Under the pieces are notes generated by a model. It was not told the origin of the DNA, did no database searches, and worked only from the letters and a program-made list of their open reading frames with translations. From IMG/VR virus record IMGVR_UViG_3300025383_000009: a stretch of 64,000 nt of DNA; one strand, 5' to 3'. This document shows, piece after piece, positions 8,935 through 17,484 of this stretch. The translations under genes and the position numbers were made by a program. The DNA is from a virus (taxonomy: Duplodnaviria; Caudoviricetes). Position 1 is the stretch's first letter, and each line of letters opens with the position of its first letter.

Positions 8935-9066
8935 TTCGTCATAGCCAGGTCCCCAGAAGTGAGGGTCGATACCACCTAGATAGTTTAGGTCTTCGTTATC
9001 ATCCTCTTCAATAGGATCTGGCACTGGTGTAATGTAACCGTCTTTTTTGTCTTTGACATTTAACAT
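8932..9066 (-). CDS. Small acidic protein (44 aa) not in ORF track
   Basis: MLNVKDKKDGYITPVPDPIEEDDNEDLNYLGGIDPHFWGPGYDE; ATG 6 nt after a TATAAT. Confidence 0.6.
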   Translation of the reverse strand: MLNVKDKKDGYITPVPDPIEEDDNEDLNYLGGIDPHFWGPGYDE

Positions 9067-9072
9067 GATATC

Positions 9073-9101
9073 ATTATACCCTTTTTTTGGTTTATTGTAC
9101 A
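9073..9101 (-). promoter_or_regulatory. Early promoter TGTACA-17-TATAAT
   Basis: Hexamers at 9096-9101 and 9073-9078. Confidence 0.75.
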
Positions 9102-9108
9102 TATATTT

Positions 9109-9297
9109 TTAAGCCTTAACACTGTCAACTGTTGCAAAGCCAGTCACCGCTGCTTTACTGTAACCCTTAGACCAAATGCTGCCAGTCCTATTTACAGGTA
9201 CTTCACTGCCTCGTGGACCATGATATGGCAACTGTTGAACCTTACCACCATTATCTAAAAATTCTTGAACTGCTTGTTGAAATTCTTGTTCTGTCAT
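9109..9297 (-). CDS. Hypothetical protein
   Basis: MTEQEFQQAVQEFLDNGGKVQQLP, SD AAGGAG upstream. Confidence 0.6.
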   Translation of the reverse strand: MTEQEFQQAVQEFLDNGGKVQQLPYHGPRGSEVPVNRTGSIWSKGYSKAAVTGFATVDSVKA

Positions 9298-9307
9298 AGC
9301 TTTCTCC

Positions 9308-9718
9308 TTACCAACTTGAATTATAAAATACTTCTTCGCCTCTCGCAATTGCTTCGCGAGCTTTCTTGATGAACTCTAAGTCTGATGCTTTATCATCAGC
9401 ATCGAACCTTGAGTCATAACCAAAGAAGAAACCTTCGGTCATAGGTAACTGGTTAGTCTTAACGCGGGCCTCGATATAATCAAGGTCTGCCTCTGTAAGT
9501 TGAAGCTCAACTCCGTTGAAGTCGATCTTTGAGTCTTCGCTGTACTCGTCAGGATACTCGTCGATCAACCATTGTGGAACCTTAGCTCCCTTATCATGCC
9601 ATAACTCTTCCATAAGACCATGAAGAGCGTTGTGTTTTCTCCAGTATTGAAGCTCCGTTGATGGTGCTTCAGCTGCAGATTCTTTAGCGCGGCTATACGC
9701 ATACATATCTAAACCCAT
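9308..9718 (-). CDS. Conserved phage hypothetical (MGLDMY family)
   Basis: MGLDMYAY, YWRKHNALHG, GFFFG, FY.SSW. Confidence 0.75.
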   Translation of the reverse strand: MGLDMYAYSRAKESAAEAPSTELQYWRKHNALHGLMEELWHDKGAKVPQWLIDEYPDEYSEDSKIDFNGVELQLTEADLDYIEARVKTNQLPMTEGFFFGYDSRFDADDKASDLEFIKKAREAIARGEEVFYNSSW

Positions 9719-9879
9719 TATCTAATCTCCTTGATAAATTTTGCTTTGAGTAAACTTTCAACTATACCATTATCATTATCTTGAGCGGTTAACATCCAAC
9801 CTTCTAAAGTAGTACCTGAAAAGGCATATTGTGGGTTAACAAGGCATTTATAATAATGTCCATTGATTTTAAAAATCAT
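9718..9879 (-). CDS. Small hypothetical (53 aa) not in ORF track
   Basis: MIFKINGHYYKCLVNPQY...KEIR; TAATG-coupled on both ends. Confidence 0.6.
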   Translation of the reverse strand: MIFKINGHYYKCLVNPQYAFSGTTLEGWMLTAQDNDNGIVESLLKAKFIKEIR

Positions 9880-10166
9880 TATGCAGCCTCCCTTTCATCC
9901 TTCATTAAGCTAAACATGATGTGCTTAGCACGGTTGATGAATTGACGAGCTTCGTTAGCTTGTTGAGGTGATACCCAACCTTCGTTAGCACCGTTGAAGT
10001 CAGCACCGATAACTTCTTGTGCATCACTTAACATGCCTGCTGCGAACATCATTTCCTGACCTGGAAAAGCTTGCATTTTTACCATTTGGTCTAACTGAGC
10101 TTTAGTCATACCGTAAGCTTGTTTTTCCCATTCTAAATCTGATCCTATTGTCATTGCTGGTTTCAT
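9879..10166 (-). CDS. Hypothetical early protein, homolog of 62495..62764
   Basis: WE.QAYG..KA.L..MVK.QAFPG.E.MFAAG.LSDAQE shared. Confidence 0.7.
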   Translation of the reverse strand: MKPAMTIGSDLEWEKQAYGMTKAQLDQMVKMQAFPGQEMMFAAGMLSDAQEVIGADFNGANEGWVSPQQANEARQFINRAKHIMFSLMKDEREAA

Positions 10167-10197
10167 ATATCTCTCCGTTTGTTGATTTAATATAACC

Positions 10198-10226
10198 ATT
10201 ATACCGGAAAGTCTAATTAATGTACA
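10198..10226 (-). promoter_or_regulatory. Early promoter TGTACA-17-TATAAT
   Basis: TGTACATTAATTAGACTTTCCGGTATAAT. Confidence 0.75.
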
Positions 10227-10355
10227 TAGGCCCCCTTAAAATAAATAAGGTATACAGATCAATAACTTACGTATTATGCAAGTTATTGATTATATTGGAC
10301 TTTAGTTTGGGTGTGCCCTGGAGCGCCTGGGACAGCGCGGGCTGGAGGATATATG

Positions 10356-12365
10356 CTACTTAGATTGTGCCCTAAAAGTGCCATCCCATTCAGCCGGGAG
10401 GCCCTCTTCCATACGTTCAATCATGTTCATGTAGTACTGCTTGATGGTTACGCTGTCATCTTCGACCAAACCTTTGGCCCATTTGATAGCTTTATCCCAG
10501 TTTCCACGATAGTATTCTTTTATGTATTCATTATGCGCGTGTTTAACTGTCTCACCGATCGTGTAGATCTTAATGCCTTCAGTCTTACCTTTCACTGCGA
10601 TGTTATCTAGTTCAATAACGTTGTAATGGTCTTTAACTAGTTCTGCTGTGCGTGCACCTAAAACAAGCTTAACACCGTACGGCTTAGATTGTCCTTCAAG
10701 CCTTGACGCCAAATTGACTCCGTCACCGAGACAAGTATAGTCAAAACGCTGGCTAGAACCCATATTACCCACAACGACATCAGCAGTGTTAATACCAAGT
10801 CCCATCCCGAAAGCCGGTACGCCTTCTTTAGCAATCTCTTGATTGAACGCATCTAAGTCTCCTAACATTGATAGTGCAGTCTTAACTGCGTTGAGAGCAT
10901 GATCTTTATCATCAAGTGGAGCATTCCAAAAAGCCATCTGTGCATCACCAATATACTTATCAAGTGTTCCGTTGTTCTCTATGATCTTAGCAGTCATAGC
11001 TGTCATGTAACGATTCATGATCTTAGTTAAGCCTTGTACATCCTTACCATAGTGTTCTGATATGGTTGTGAAGCCTCTTACGTCTGTAAACATGATACTT
11101 AATTCTCTTGTTTCACCACCAAGCTTTAATAGTTCTGGGTTCTTTTGTAGTTTATCAACCATTGCTGGTGATAGGTATGTACCAAACTGTTTCTTGATCT
11201 GTAGTTTTTGGTTTAACTCGCTTACAAACTTAACAGTATATGTATGAGCATATACGATAGCCAAAGCAACGATAGGAAAAATCCCATCCAAAAGAACGCC
11301 GTAATGAGAGAAAACATAACTAGAAGCGTAATACAAAAAGCCAAGAAGAAGCAAAATAGGGATAATAGCATATTTCCACCTTGATAGGATAATGATAAAG
11401 ATTGATAATAATATGACTGCTAATACTTCAGCGCCATCTGCCCAGCCAGGTCGTGATATGCTAGTACCTGATGTGAGCGTGTCTAGAACTGACGCTTGAA
11501 GGTAATGAGGAAAGAGTCCACCTCGAGCTGTTGCAACTGGGTTGTTAAGTCCCTTTGCGGTAAGCCCAACAATGACGATACCTCCGTTAAATGATTCTGG
11601 GAGGTCCATAAGACTGTGTTCAATTGGAGTCGAGCTCCAGTCGACCCAGATACGACCGATTGGGTCGGTTGTAATTTTGGAGAAGCTTGGGATTCGAACA
11701 GCTTCGATTCCTGAAACGGAAGATTTGACTTGGAAACTTGGGTCTCCGACTGCGACACGCAAAGTTTCGAGAGTAATACTTGGGTAGAGCAAGCCTCCGC
11801 TTGATACGACCATAGGGATACGACGAACAACACCATCAATTTCAGGTAAGACATTTACAACTCCTATTCCAGCAGCTTTGTTATTAAATAGTTCAATGTT
11901 AGGTTGGATCCCAGGGTAATCAATAGTGAAGTCATGAGCTGGTGATCCAATCTCAGAGACTCCCGGTCTAAATGCTTGTCTAACTTGTTTATCTGTCGAT
12001 GCTACCTGAGGTAAGACGACAGGGTGTCCAGCAAGACTATCAACCAAGTTGGCATCGCGTCCAAAGCGATCAGAGTCAGGCATAAAGATATTAAAAACAA
12101 CAAGACCAGCATGACGGTGATAAAGATCCTCGATAATATTTGCATATTGACTCCTTGGAAATGGGAATTGACCAAGTCTTTCAATCGACTTATCATCGAT
12201 GTTAACCACGTGGACTTGCTTGGAAACGGTCTGTGGTTTACTAGTAATTAGTGTATCAAAGTACCTTAGTCGAACTGACTGCACAAAAGATGGGTCAGAT
12301 GCTCTAATACCTACTAGCAGAGCTAACGTTAACAGTGCAAACCAGGGTGATAATAATCTTTTCAT
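10356..12365 (-). CDS. CHASE2-domain class III adenylyl cyclase
   Basis: N-terminal TM, CHASE2 motifs (VVNIDDKSI..LGQFPFPR, DGVVRR.P), three TM helices, FTDVRGFT, DKYIGD, YTCLGDGVNLASRLE. Confidence 0.92.
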   Translation of the reverse strand: MKRLLSPWFALLTLALLVGIRASDPSFVQSVRLRYFDTLITSKPQTVSKQVHVVNIDDKSIERLGQFPFPRSQYANIIEDLYHRHAGLVVFNIFMPDSDRFGRDANLVDSLAGHPVVLPQVASTDKQVRQAFRPGVSEIGSPAHDFTIDYPGIQPNIELFNNKAAGIGVVNVLPEIDGVVRRIPMVVSSGGLLYPSITLETLRVAVGDPSFQVKSSVSGIEAVRIPSFSKITTDPIGRIWVDWSSTPIEHSLMDLPESFNGGIVIVGLTAKGLNNPVATARGGLFPHYLQASVLDTLTSGTSISRPGWADGAEVLAVILLSIFIIILSRWKYAIIPILLLLGFLYYASSYVFSHYGVLLDGIFPIVALAIVYAHTYTVKFVSELNQKLQIKKQFGTYLSPAMVDKLQKNPELLKLGGETRELSIMFTDVRGFTTISEHYGKDVQGLTKIMNRYMTAMTAKIIENNGTLDKYIGDAQMAFWNAPLDDKDHALNAVKTALSMLGDLDAFNQEIAKEGVPAFGMGLGINTADVVVGNMGSSQRFDYTCLGDGVNLASRLEGQSKPYGVKLVLGARTAELVKDHYNVIELDNIAVKGKTEGIKIYTIGETVKHAHNEYIKEYYRGNWDKAIKWAKGLVEDDSVTIKQYYMNMIERMEEGLPAEWDGTFRAQSK

Positions 12366-12493
12366 TTGATAGCGTGTGTCTTGTTATGTTTTAAACTCTT
12401 CTTGATTGCTTTCTTCCAAAGCTTCTCTTCTTTTTTAGGCTTATGCTTAACGCATGCCTTATACATCTTCATTATTAGTTCTTTAACTTTCAT
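12362..12493 (-). CDS. Small basic protein (43 aa) coupled to the cyclase
   Basis: MKVKELIMKMYKACVKHKPKKEEKLWKKAIKKSLKHNKTHAIK; ATGA overlap with cyclase start. Confidence 0.55.
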   Translation of the reverse strand: MKVKELIMKMYKACVKHKPKKEEKLWKKAIKKSLKHNKTHAIK

Positions 12494-12494
12494 G

Positions 12495-13385
12495 CTATGC
12501 TCCTTGTATTTTAAACTTAATATACTCTGTTATCAAGTCAGCGACGTCAGTCTCACAATACTGTTCAAACCCTTTAAATCCTGGGTTTGAGTTAGCTTCG
12601 CATACTCTAAAGCCTCTTTTGTCGAATAGTAAATCCACACCTGCAATATCTAGCTTAAGTACTTTTGCAGTCTCTCTAGCTATATATTCAATCTCGTCTG
12701 TTATCTCGTAGTTATGACCAGTGCCACCATTAGTGATGTTAGCTCTGAAGTCACCCTCTGGTGCTGTACGTCTCATAGCTCCTACTACTTTACCACCTAT
12801 GACAAGAACCCTTAAGTCCTCACCTGGACGGTCACCAAGATATTCCTGTACTATCATCGTCTTCTTAGCGTTTAAGATATCGATGAACTCCATCATCTTT
12901 TTGTACTCTCTTATGGTCTCACAGAGGTGTACACCTTCCCCATAAGAACCTGATACCAGCTTAACGACACACGGAAAGCCTATGTTATCAGTCACTAAGT
13001 CATCGTCTATAGGCAACCTTACTAACATCGTGTTTGGTATAGGTAACCCGTTCTTACTTAATATCTGTGATGTCCTTAGCTTATCTTTTACTATCTCGAC
13101 AGCAGAGCTTGAGTTAACACACATCACGCCTGCTTGTTCAAAGTGTCTTATCACTGCTAGCTGGAAAGGTAGTATGCCTGCACCCAACCTAACCAATAAT
13201 AACTTTGGTAACTCTATCGTCTCACCGTCGTACTTGATACCTTCACGTAGGTCTTTATCTACGATGATGTCAAAGTTATCAGGATGGCAGACACGAGCAG
13301 TTATACCTTTTGATGTAAAGCTTTCTACGAGCTTATTAGTCTCGTACTCGTTTCTTTCCTGCTTTGATAATATAATTACAGTCAT
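12495..13385 (-). CDS. RimK-family ATP-grasp ligase
   Basis: KDKL.T.Q.L...GLPIP.T, GFP.VVK..SGSYGEGV, IVQEY, DLRVLVIGGKV, FRAN...GG, IAGVDLL, EANSNPGF. Confidence 0.88.
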   Translation of the reverse strand: MTVIILSKQERNEYETNKLVESFTSKGITARVCHPDNFDIIVDKDLREGIKYDGETIELPKLLLVRLGAGILPFQLAVIRHFEQAGVMCVNSSSAVEIVKDKLRTSQILSKNGLPIPNTMLVRLPIDDDLVTDNIGFPCVVKLVSGSYGEGVHLCETIREYKKMMEFIDILNAKKTMIVQEYLGDRPGEDLRVLVIGGKVVGAMRRTAPEGDFRANITNGGTGHNYEITDEIEYIARETAKVLKLDIAGVDLLFDKRGFRVCEANSNPGFKGFEQYCETDVADLITEYIKFKIQGA

Positions 13386-13390
13386 GACAC

Positions 13391-13419
13391 ATTATAACTT
13401 ATTATTTAATTAATGTAAA
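13391..13419 (-). promoter_or_regulatory. Early promoter TTTACA-17-TATAAT
   Basis: TTTACATTAATTAAATAATAAGTTATAAT, 5 nt before RimK ATG. Confidence 0.7.
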
Positions 13420-13420
13420 A

Positions 13421-13774
13421 TTATTCGAAGCCTTCGTTGCGTTTTACACGCCATACATAAGACATCTGTGTTCCATCTGGCCTATCATCATTGATAAGTA
13501 TACGCTCACCGTTTGGTAAGTTAAAGATGATGTCGTCAAACCTAATATCATGTTTCTCTAAGAACTTTATAGTATGCTTCTTAAGATACTTTGGTCTAGC
13601 AGTAATTAAGATTATATGGTCCTTTTCAGGTATAGTATCCCAAAACTCTTTAACACCAGGCAATAACTTATCTTTACATACCGCAGACTTTAATAGGTTA
13701 TACCTTAATATAGTCCCATCAAGATCGATAAACCAAGTCTTGCGATGTTTAGACTTTAAGTTAGTTAACTTCAT
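13421..13774 (-). CDS. HAD-superfamily phosphatase-like (PNKP phosphatase type)
   Basis: WFIDLDGT, IILITARP, FDDIIF, RILINDD. Confidence 0.7.
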   Translation of the reverse strand: MKLTNLKSKHRKTWFIDLDGTILRYNLLKSAVCKDKLLPGVKEFWDTIPEKDHIILITARPKYLKKHTIKFLEKHDIRFDDIIFNLPNGERILINDDRPDGTQMSYVWRVKRNEGFE

Positions 13775-14338
13775 TTATAGTGGTAACCAGAGCCATAAAC
13801 CTTGTGACATCAATACTACACCAACCAAACATAATAGGAATGATGAGTAGAATAATGGCATTGATACAGCAAGGATAGACGCTGATAACAACACGATAGA
13901 TAGCTGATAAGCTGTACCTGCATAACCGATCCATGGAGATCTCTTCTTAGCATAGTCACGGTCAGCTTCTAACTTCTTAGCTGTATCATATAATGCAGGT
14001 TTTCCTTCTGGTCCTTCATCATAGCTTTTAGCTTTTACTGCAAATTTCTTAGCTAGATCTGGGTTTGTAGCAGTCTGAGCTGAGATCTCATACTGTGTTT
14101 GCTTTACTGATTTAGCTTGGTAGAAGTTCCATAAGTCGTTTGCTTTGATCGTGTTGTTCATGATGAGTGAACCTAATGAACCTCCGAACCATACGTTAAA
14201 TGCCAATAAAGCAGCAAATATATTAATGATTAAACCCGCATGTGATTTAATCTTAACCTCTTTTTCTGATCTTGAAGGTCCAATGTTCTTAGTCTCTTCC
14301 TTTGTTAATGTCTTAATGACCATATCTTCTAAAGCCAT
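13775..14338 (-). CDS. DUF4337-like membrane protein
   Basis: IFAALLA, ANDLWNFYQAKSVKQ, QLSIVLLSASIL pattern, three TM segments. Confidence 0.65.
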   Translation of the reverse strand: MALEDMVIKTLTKEETKNIGPSRSEKEVKIKSHAGLIINIFAALLAFNVWFGGSLGSLIMNNTIKANDLWNFYQAKSVKQTQYEISAQTATNPDLAKKFAVKAKSYDEGPEGKPALYDTAKKLEADRDYAKKRSPWIGYAGTAYQLSIVLLSASILAVSMPLFYSSFLLCLVGVVLMSQGLWLWLPL

Positions 14339-14339
14339 G

Positions 14340-15404
14340 TTAGTTTCCTTTTTGATTGATGGTTATACTATTGGTCGTTTGGTCTTGATTTTTTAAATTT
14401 ACCGTTACGCCATTTTGTATAATATTTATATTGTATCCTTTATCTTTATCTATTAATACTGTAGCACTATCTTTAACTGTTCTTTGTATCATCCAATATG
14501 TTTGTTTGTCAAAAATATAAACTTGATTTAGAGCATTATATCCTACAACAAAAGTAGCTAACAATGTATTATCAAGAGCATTTGTTAAATAGTTTGTATC
14601 AAGAGGATTAACATCTAGTTCATTGAAACCCGCATATGGGTCTTTAAATACTTTTGAATCTAATGCATTTTGTTCCAATCCTGTAAACTCTAAAGCAGAA
14701 CCAGATTTATTGGCTATTTCAGCTTGTATTCTTTCAACAACTTCTTTTGGAGGTTTAACGATAAGCATATTATCAATAGCTGATTCTGATAAAGCTAATA
14801 GAACAGGTTTAAGAGGTTTAATTTCTGATGATTTTGTTACTGTAGCTTGAAATGCTTGGTTTAAAACAACTTTTCCCATAGCTGTGCTAACTTCAATTGA
14901 ACCAACTGAACCATCTGGATTAGGTAATAAAATAATGAGAGATTGACCTATTTCATCTACTGTCATTGTGAATGCTGTACCACGAACAGCAACAGTTGCC
15001 GTTGGTGTATTAATAGCCACATTTTTATTATTTTCATGGGCAATATTACCAGATGCATAACGAACAGTTCCCATTGTTACATTGAGAGCTAATTTACCTG
15101 CACCTTTTTTATTGGGGTCATAGACAAAATCGTCTATAAGAAGTTTTGAATGTTCGGTAACACGAACTTGTGTGTTATCTTCAAATGTAATGCCTACTAT
15201 TCCATTGCCTGTTTGAACAATATCATTACTATCTATATTTGATTTAGGTTTAGCCTCTATTACATCTTTATTTCTAGTAATAGAGGCTGGACCTTTTTGT
15301 TCAGTTATAGAACCAATTACCGCCCAACTAGTGTTGGATGACAGACACAGAAGCACCGCTACCAGTAAGGTTAACGATTGCACTATTTGGGTTGGTCGTA
15401 CCAT
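14340..15404 (-). CDS. FecR-domain periplasmic protein
   Basis: Signal-like N-terminus; D.VQTGNG.VGITFEDNT.VRV.E.SKL.ID, GTVRYASG, INTPTATVAVRGT.F. Confidence 0.85.
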   Translation of the reverse strand: MVRPTQIVQSLTLLVAVLLCLSSNTSWAVIGSITEQKGPASITRNKDVIEAKPKSNIDSNDIVQTGNGIVGITFEDNTQVRVTEHSKLLIDDFVYDPNKKGAGKLALNVTMGTVRYASGNIAHENNKNVAINTPTATVAVRGTAFTMTVDEIGQSLIILLPNPDGSVGSIEVSTAMGKVVLNQAFQATVTKSSEIKPLKPVLLALSESAIDNMLIVKPPKEVVERIQAEIANKSGSALEFTGLEQNALDSKVFKDPYAGFNELDVNPLDTNYLTNALDNTLLATFVVGYNALNQVYIFDKQTYWMIQRTVKDSATVLIDKDKGYNINIIQNGVTVNLKNQDQTTNSITINQKGN

Positions 15405-16035
15405 CTTGAGTCACACTTATATTATTTGAATTACCAATGTTGTTAATACTAATACTATGGCCTGCACCAGCACCAGTACCATTTGCACCTGTTTGGCTTG
15501 TGGTGATACTGTTATTGTTACCTGCAATTGCTATAGTATCTGTAACATTTTTACTGTTTATGGTACTTGTTATCGAATTACTATTTCCTACAGTAGTGAT
15601 GCTATAGTTATAATTACTCGAATCTCTCATTGTTCCTATATTCAATACAGAATTATTGTTACTACCTGAAAACGATAAATTTAAATTACCGTTATCAGTA
15701 CCAAAGTTTCCGTAATTCAATACGATACCGTTACTATTACCATCTTGAGATATTACTCCTGTAGAACCACCACCAACAAAATTACCTGTGATAGAGTTGT
15801 TCATACCGTTTTGTGTGATACCTAAATTAATACTGTTACCATCAATCACAAATGATGGACTACCAACATTAGTAGGATCTCCTACCGTGTTGTTAGAACC
15901 TGTTTGTGTTATGGTGACTGTAGAATTATCAGCGTTAGTTTGGTCAATATAAACACTATTACCTCCACTATCGACTGCCAAAGCACTAAATGCTAATAAC
16001 AAACCCATCACAAAAGTGATAAGCTTACTTTTCAT
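15328..16035 (-). CDS. Secreted curlin-like beta-repeat protein
   Basis: Signal peptide, then Q/x-x-G-x-x-N repeats (ITQTGSNN, ITQNGMNN, ISQDGNSN, IAGNNN, VTQDG), rich in N/S/G/T. Confidence 0.7.
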   Translation of the reverse strand: MKSKLITFVMGLLLAFSALAVDSGGNSVYIDQTNADNSTVTITQTGSNNTVGDPTNVGSPSFVIDGNSINLGITQNGMNNSITGNFVGGGSTGVISQDGNSNGIVLNYGNFGTDNGNLNLSFSGSNNNSVLNIGTMRDSSNYNYSITTVGNSNSITSTINSKNVTDTIAIAGNNNSITTSQTGANGTGAGAGHSISINNIGNSNNISVTQDGTTNPNSAIVNLTGSGASVSVIQH

Positions 16036-16807
16036 TCTTTTTCTCCTTAAATTGCCACATACCTTTTTTTTCACCTTGAATAATCAATTGCTCTACCGCC
16101 AGGTCTGTAGCTGCTTTTATGGCGTGTATAGAAGCCTCTGTTTGAGATATTCCTATCTCTTGTTCAAAATTTTGTGTTCCATTATCAAAAAACTTAAATA
16201 TAGCTACACCTGCTGTATAACTCAATATGGTTTTTTGAGCGTTTACTGTTAATAGCACTTCACCTGTTTGTGTGCTAATTGCTCTAATACTTACAGTCAC
16301 CACATCTTCTTGATATTGTGTGTCTGGTCCAATTCCTAACCAACGAACACCAATACCACCTGTTCTTATATTTGTATCATAACTTATAATTCCGCCTTCA
16401 ATAATCATACCTGCATACAACATAGGTCTGATTCCAGAAGGATCTCTTGCTTCATCTCTTGCTGAACGAATTAGTTGTCTTTCTTTTAATAAGTTGTCTA
16501 TACCAACTCGTTCTACTATTCTAAACCATTTTCCATCACCAGCATCTTCTAATGATTTTAATAATACTGTTTCACCGCCTTGTGTTACAGCTGATGATAA
16601 TTTAGCAATTGTAGCAGAATCTTTTCTTTGACCAGTTTTATCAGCAAAACTATAAACAGCTACAACTACTTTACCTTTAGCAGGTTCAGGTAATGGAGCT
16701 CTAGCCCATTTCATTGGCATAATTTCTGGTTCTTTTTTAATAACATTCATTGGCGGTGTGCAGCCAATTATTGTTATACACATAAGTGCTATTAATATTT
16801 TTTTCAT
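16025..16807 (-). CDS. csgG: CsgG/HfaB-family outer membrane lipoprotein channel
   Basis: Lipobox IIGC; VAVYSFADKTGQRK, SSAVTQG, WFRIVERVGIDNLLKERQLIR, EGGIISYDTN..TGG.G. Confidence 0.88.
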   Translation of the reverse strand: MKKILIALMCITIIGCTPPMNVIKKEPEIMPMKWARAPLPEPAKGKVVVAVYSFADKTGQRKDSATIAKLSSAVTQGGETVLLKSLEDAGDGKWFRIVERVGIDNLLKERQLIRSARDEARDPSGIRPMLYAGMIIEGGIISYDTNIRTGGIGVRWLGIGPDTQYQEDVVTVSIRAISTQTGEVLLTVNAQKTILSYTAGVAIFKFFDNGTQNFEQEIGISQTEASIHAIKAATDLAVEQLIIQGEKKGMWQFKEKKNEK

Positions 16808-16808
16808 A

Positions 16809-17249
16809 TTAGAAACTTAAAGTTCCAATAGGAATACTAACTTGTGTTACATTACCATTTTGATCCTTAACAGTCATGTTAATCATGTCAGCTGTTTTAG
16901 TGTATGTAATAGTATTGCCTTCAATGGTAACAGTTCCACTATTTTGTGGATTTTCACCAAACAGATTATTAATTAATTGTGTAGATAGTTGAGCATAGAC
17001 TCTGCTCTCAAAGTTAGTCAAGAACTTGGCTAATATAGTATTACCTGCAGCTGTAGCAGCATCAATTGCAGCTTGTTTTTTGGCCGCATAAATTGCTTGT
17101 TTACGAGTGTATTCAGTATTCTCTATTGTTTGAACGTGAGAAGAGTATCCTATACCTGAAAAAGAAGGAGATTTAAATTGAAACGTCTGTTCTGCATATG
17201 CGCTACTTGACAGTATCGTCAGTATGAGAATTCTTATTGTTTTCTTCAT
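16809..17249 (-). CDS. csgF: CsgF-like curli assembly protein
   Basis: Signal peptide then EQTFQFKSPSFSG, matching the CsgF N-terminus TMTFQFRNPNFGG; F..N.ESR.YAQLS. Confidence 0.8.
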   Translation of the reverse strand: MKKTIRILILTILSSSAYAEQTFQFKSPSFSGIGYSSHVQTIENTEYTRKQAIYAAKKQAAIDAATAAGNTILAKFLTNFESRVYAQLSTQLINNLFGENPQNSGTVTIEGNTITYTKTADMINMTVKDQNGNVTQVSIPIGTLSF

Positions 17250-17484
17250 CTTTAATTTCTCGCATCATTAATACTACATTAAGTTTTTGATTTAATCTAA
17301 TCAAATCATTATCTAGCATTCTAATACGGTCAATCAAAGCAATCACTATCTTTTCAGTTTCATTTAATACTGGTTCTGTTTCTTCTGTTGCCCACTTCCA
17401 AACATAAAAAATAAGATAACCCATACCGCAAGCAGCGATAATAGGAAATCCATATTTACTAATTAAATCTGCTAATTCTTCCAT
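17203..17484 (-). CDS. Small membrane protein (paralog of 18271..18549)
   Basis: GFPIIAACGMGY.IFYVW, DRIRMLDNDLIR. Confidence 0.7.
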   Translation of the reverse strand: MEELADLISKYGFPIIAACGMGYLIFYVWKWATEETEPVLNETEKIVIALIDRIRMLDNDLIRLNQKLNVVLMMREIKDEENNKNSHTDDTVK

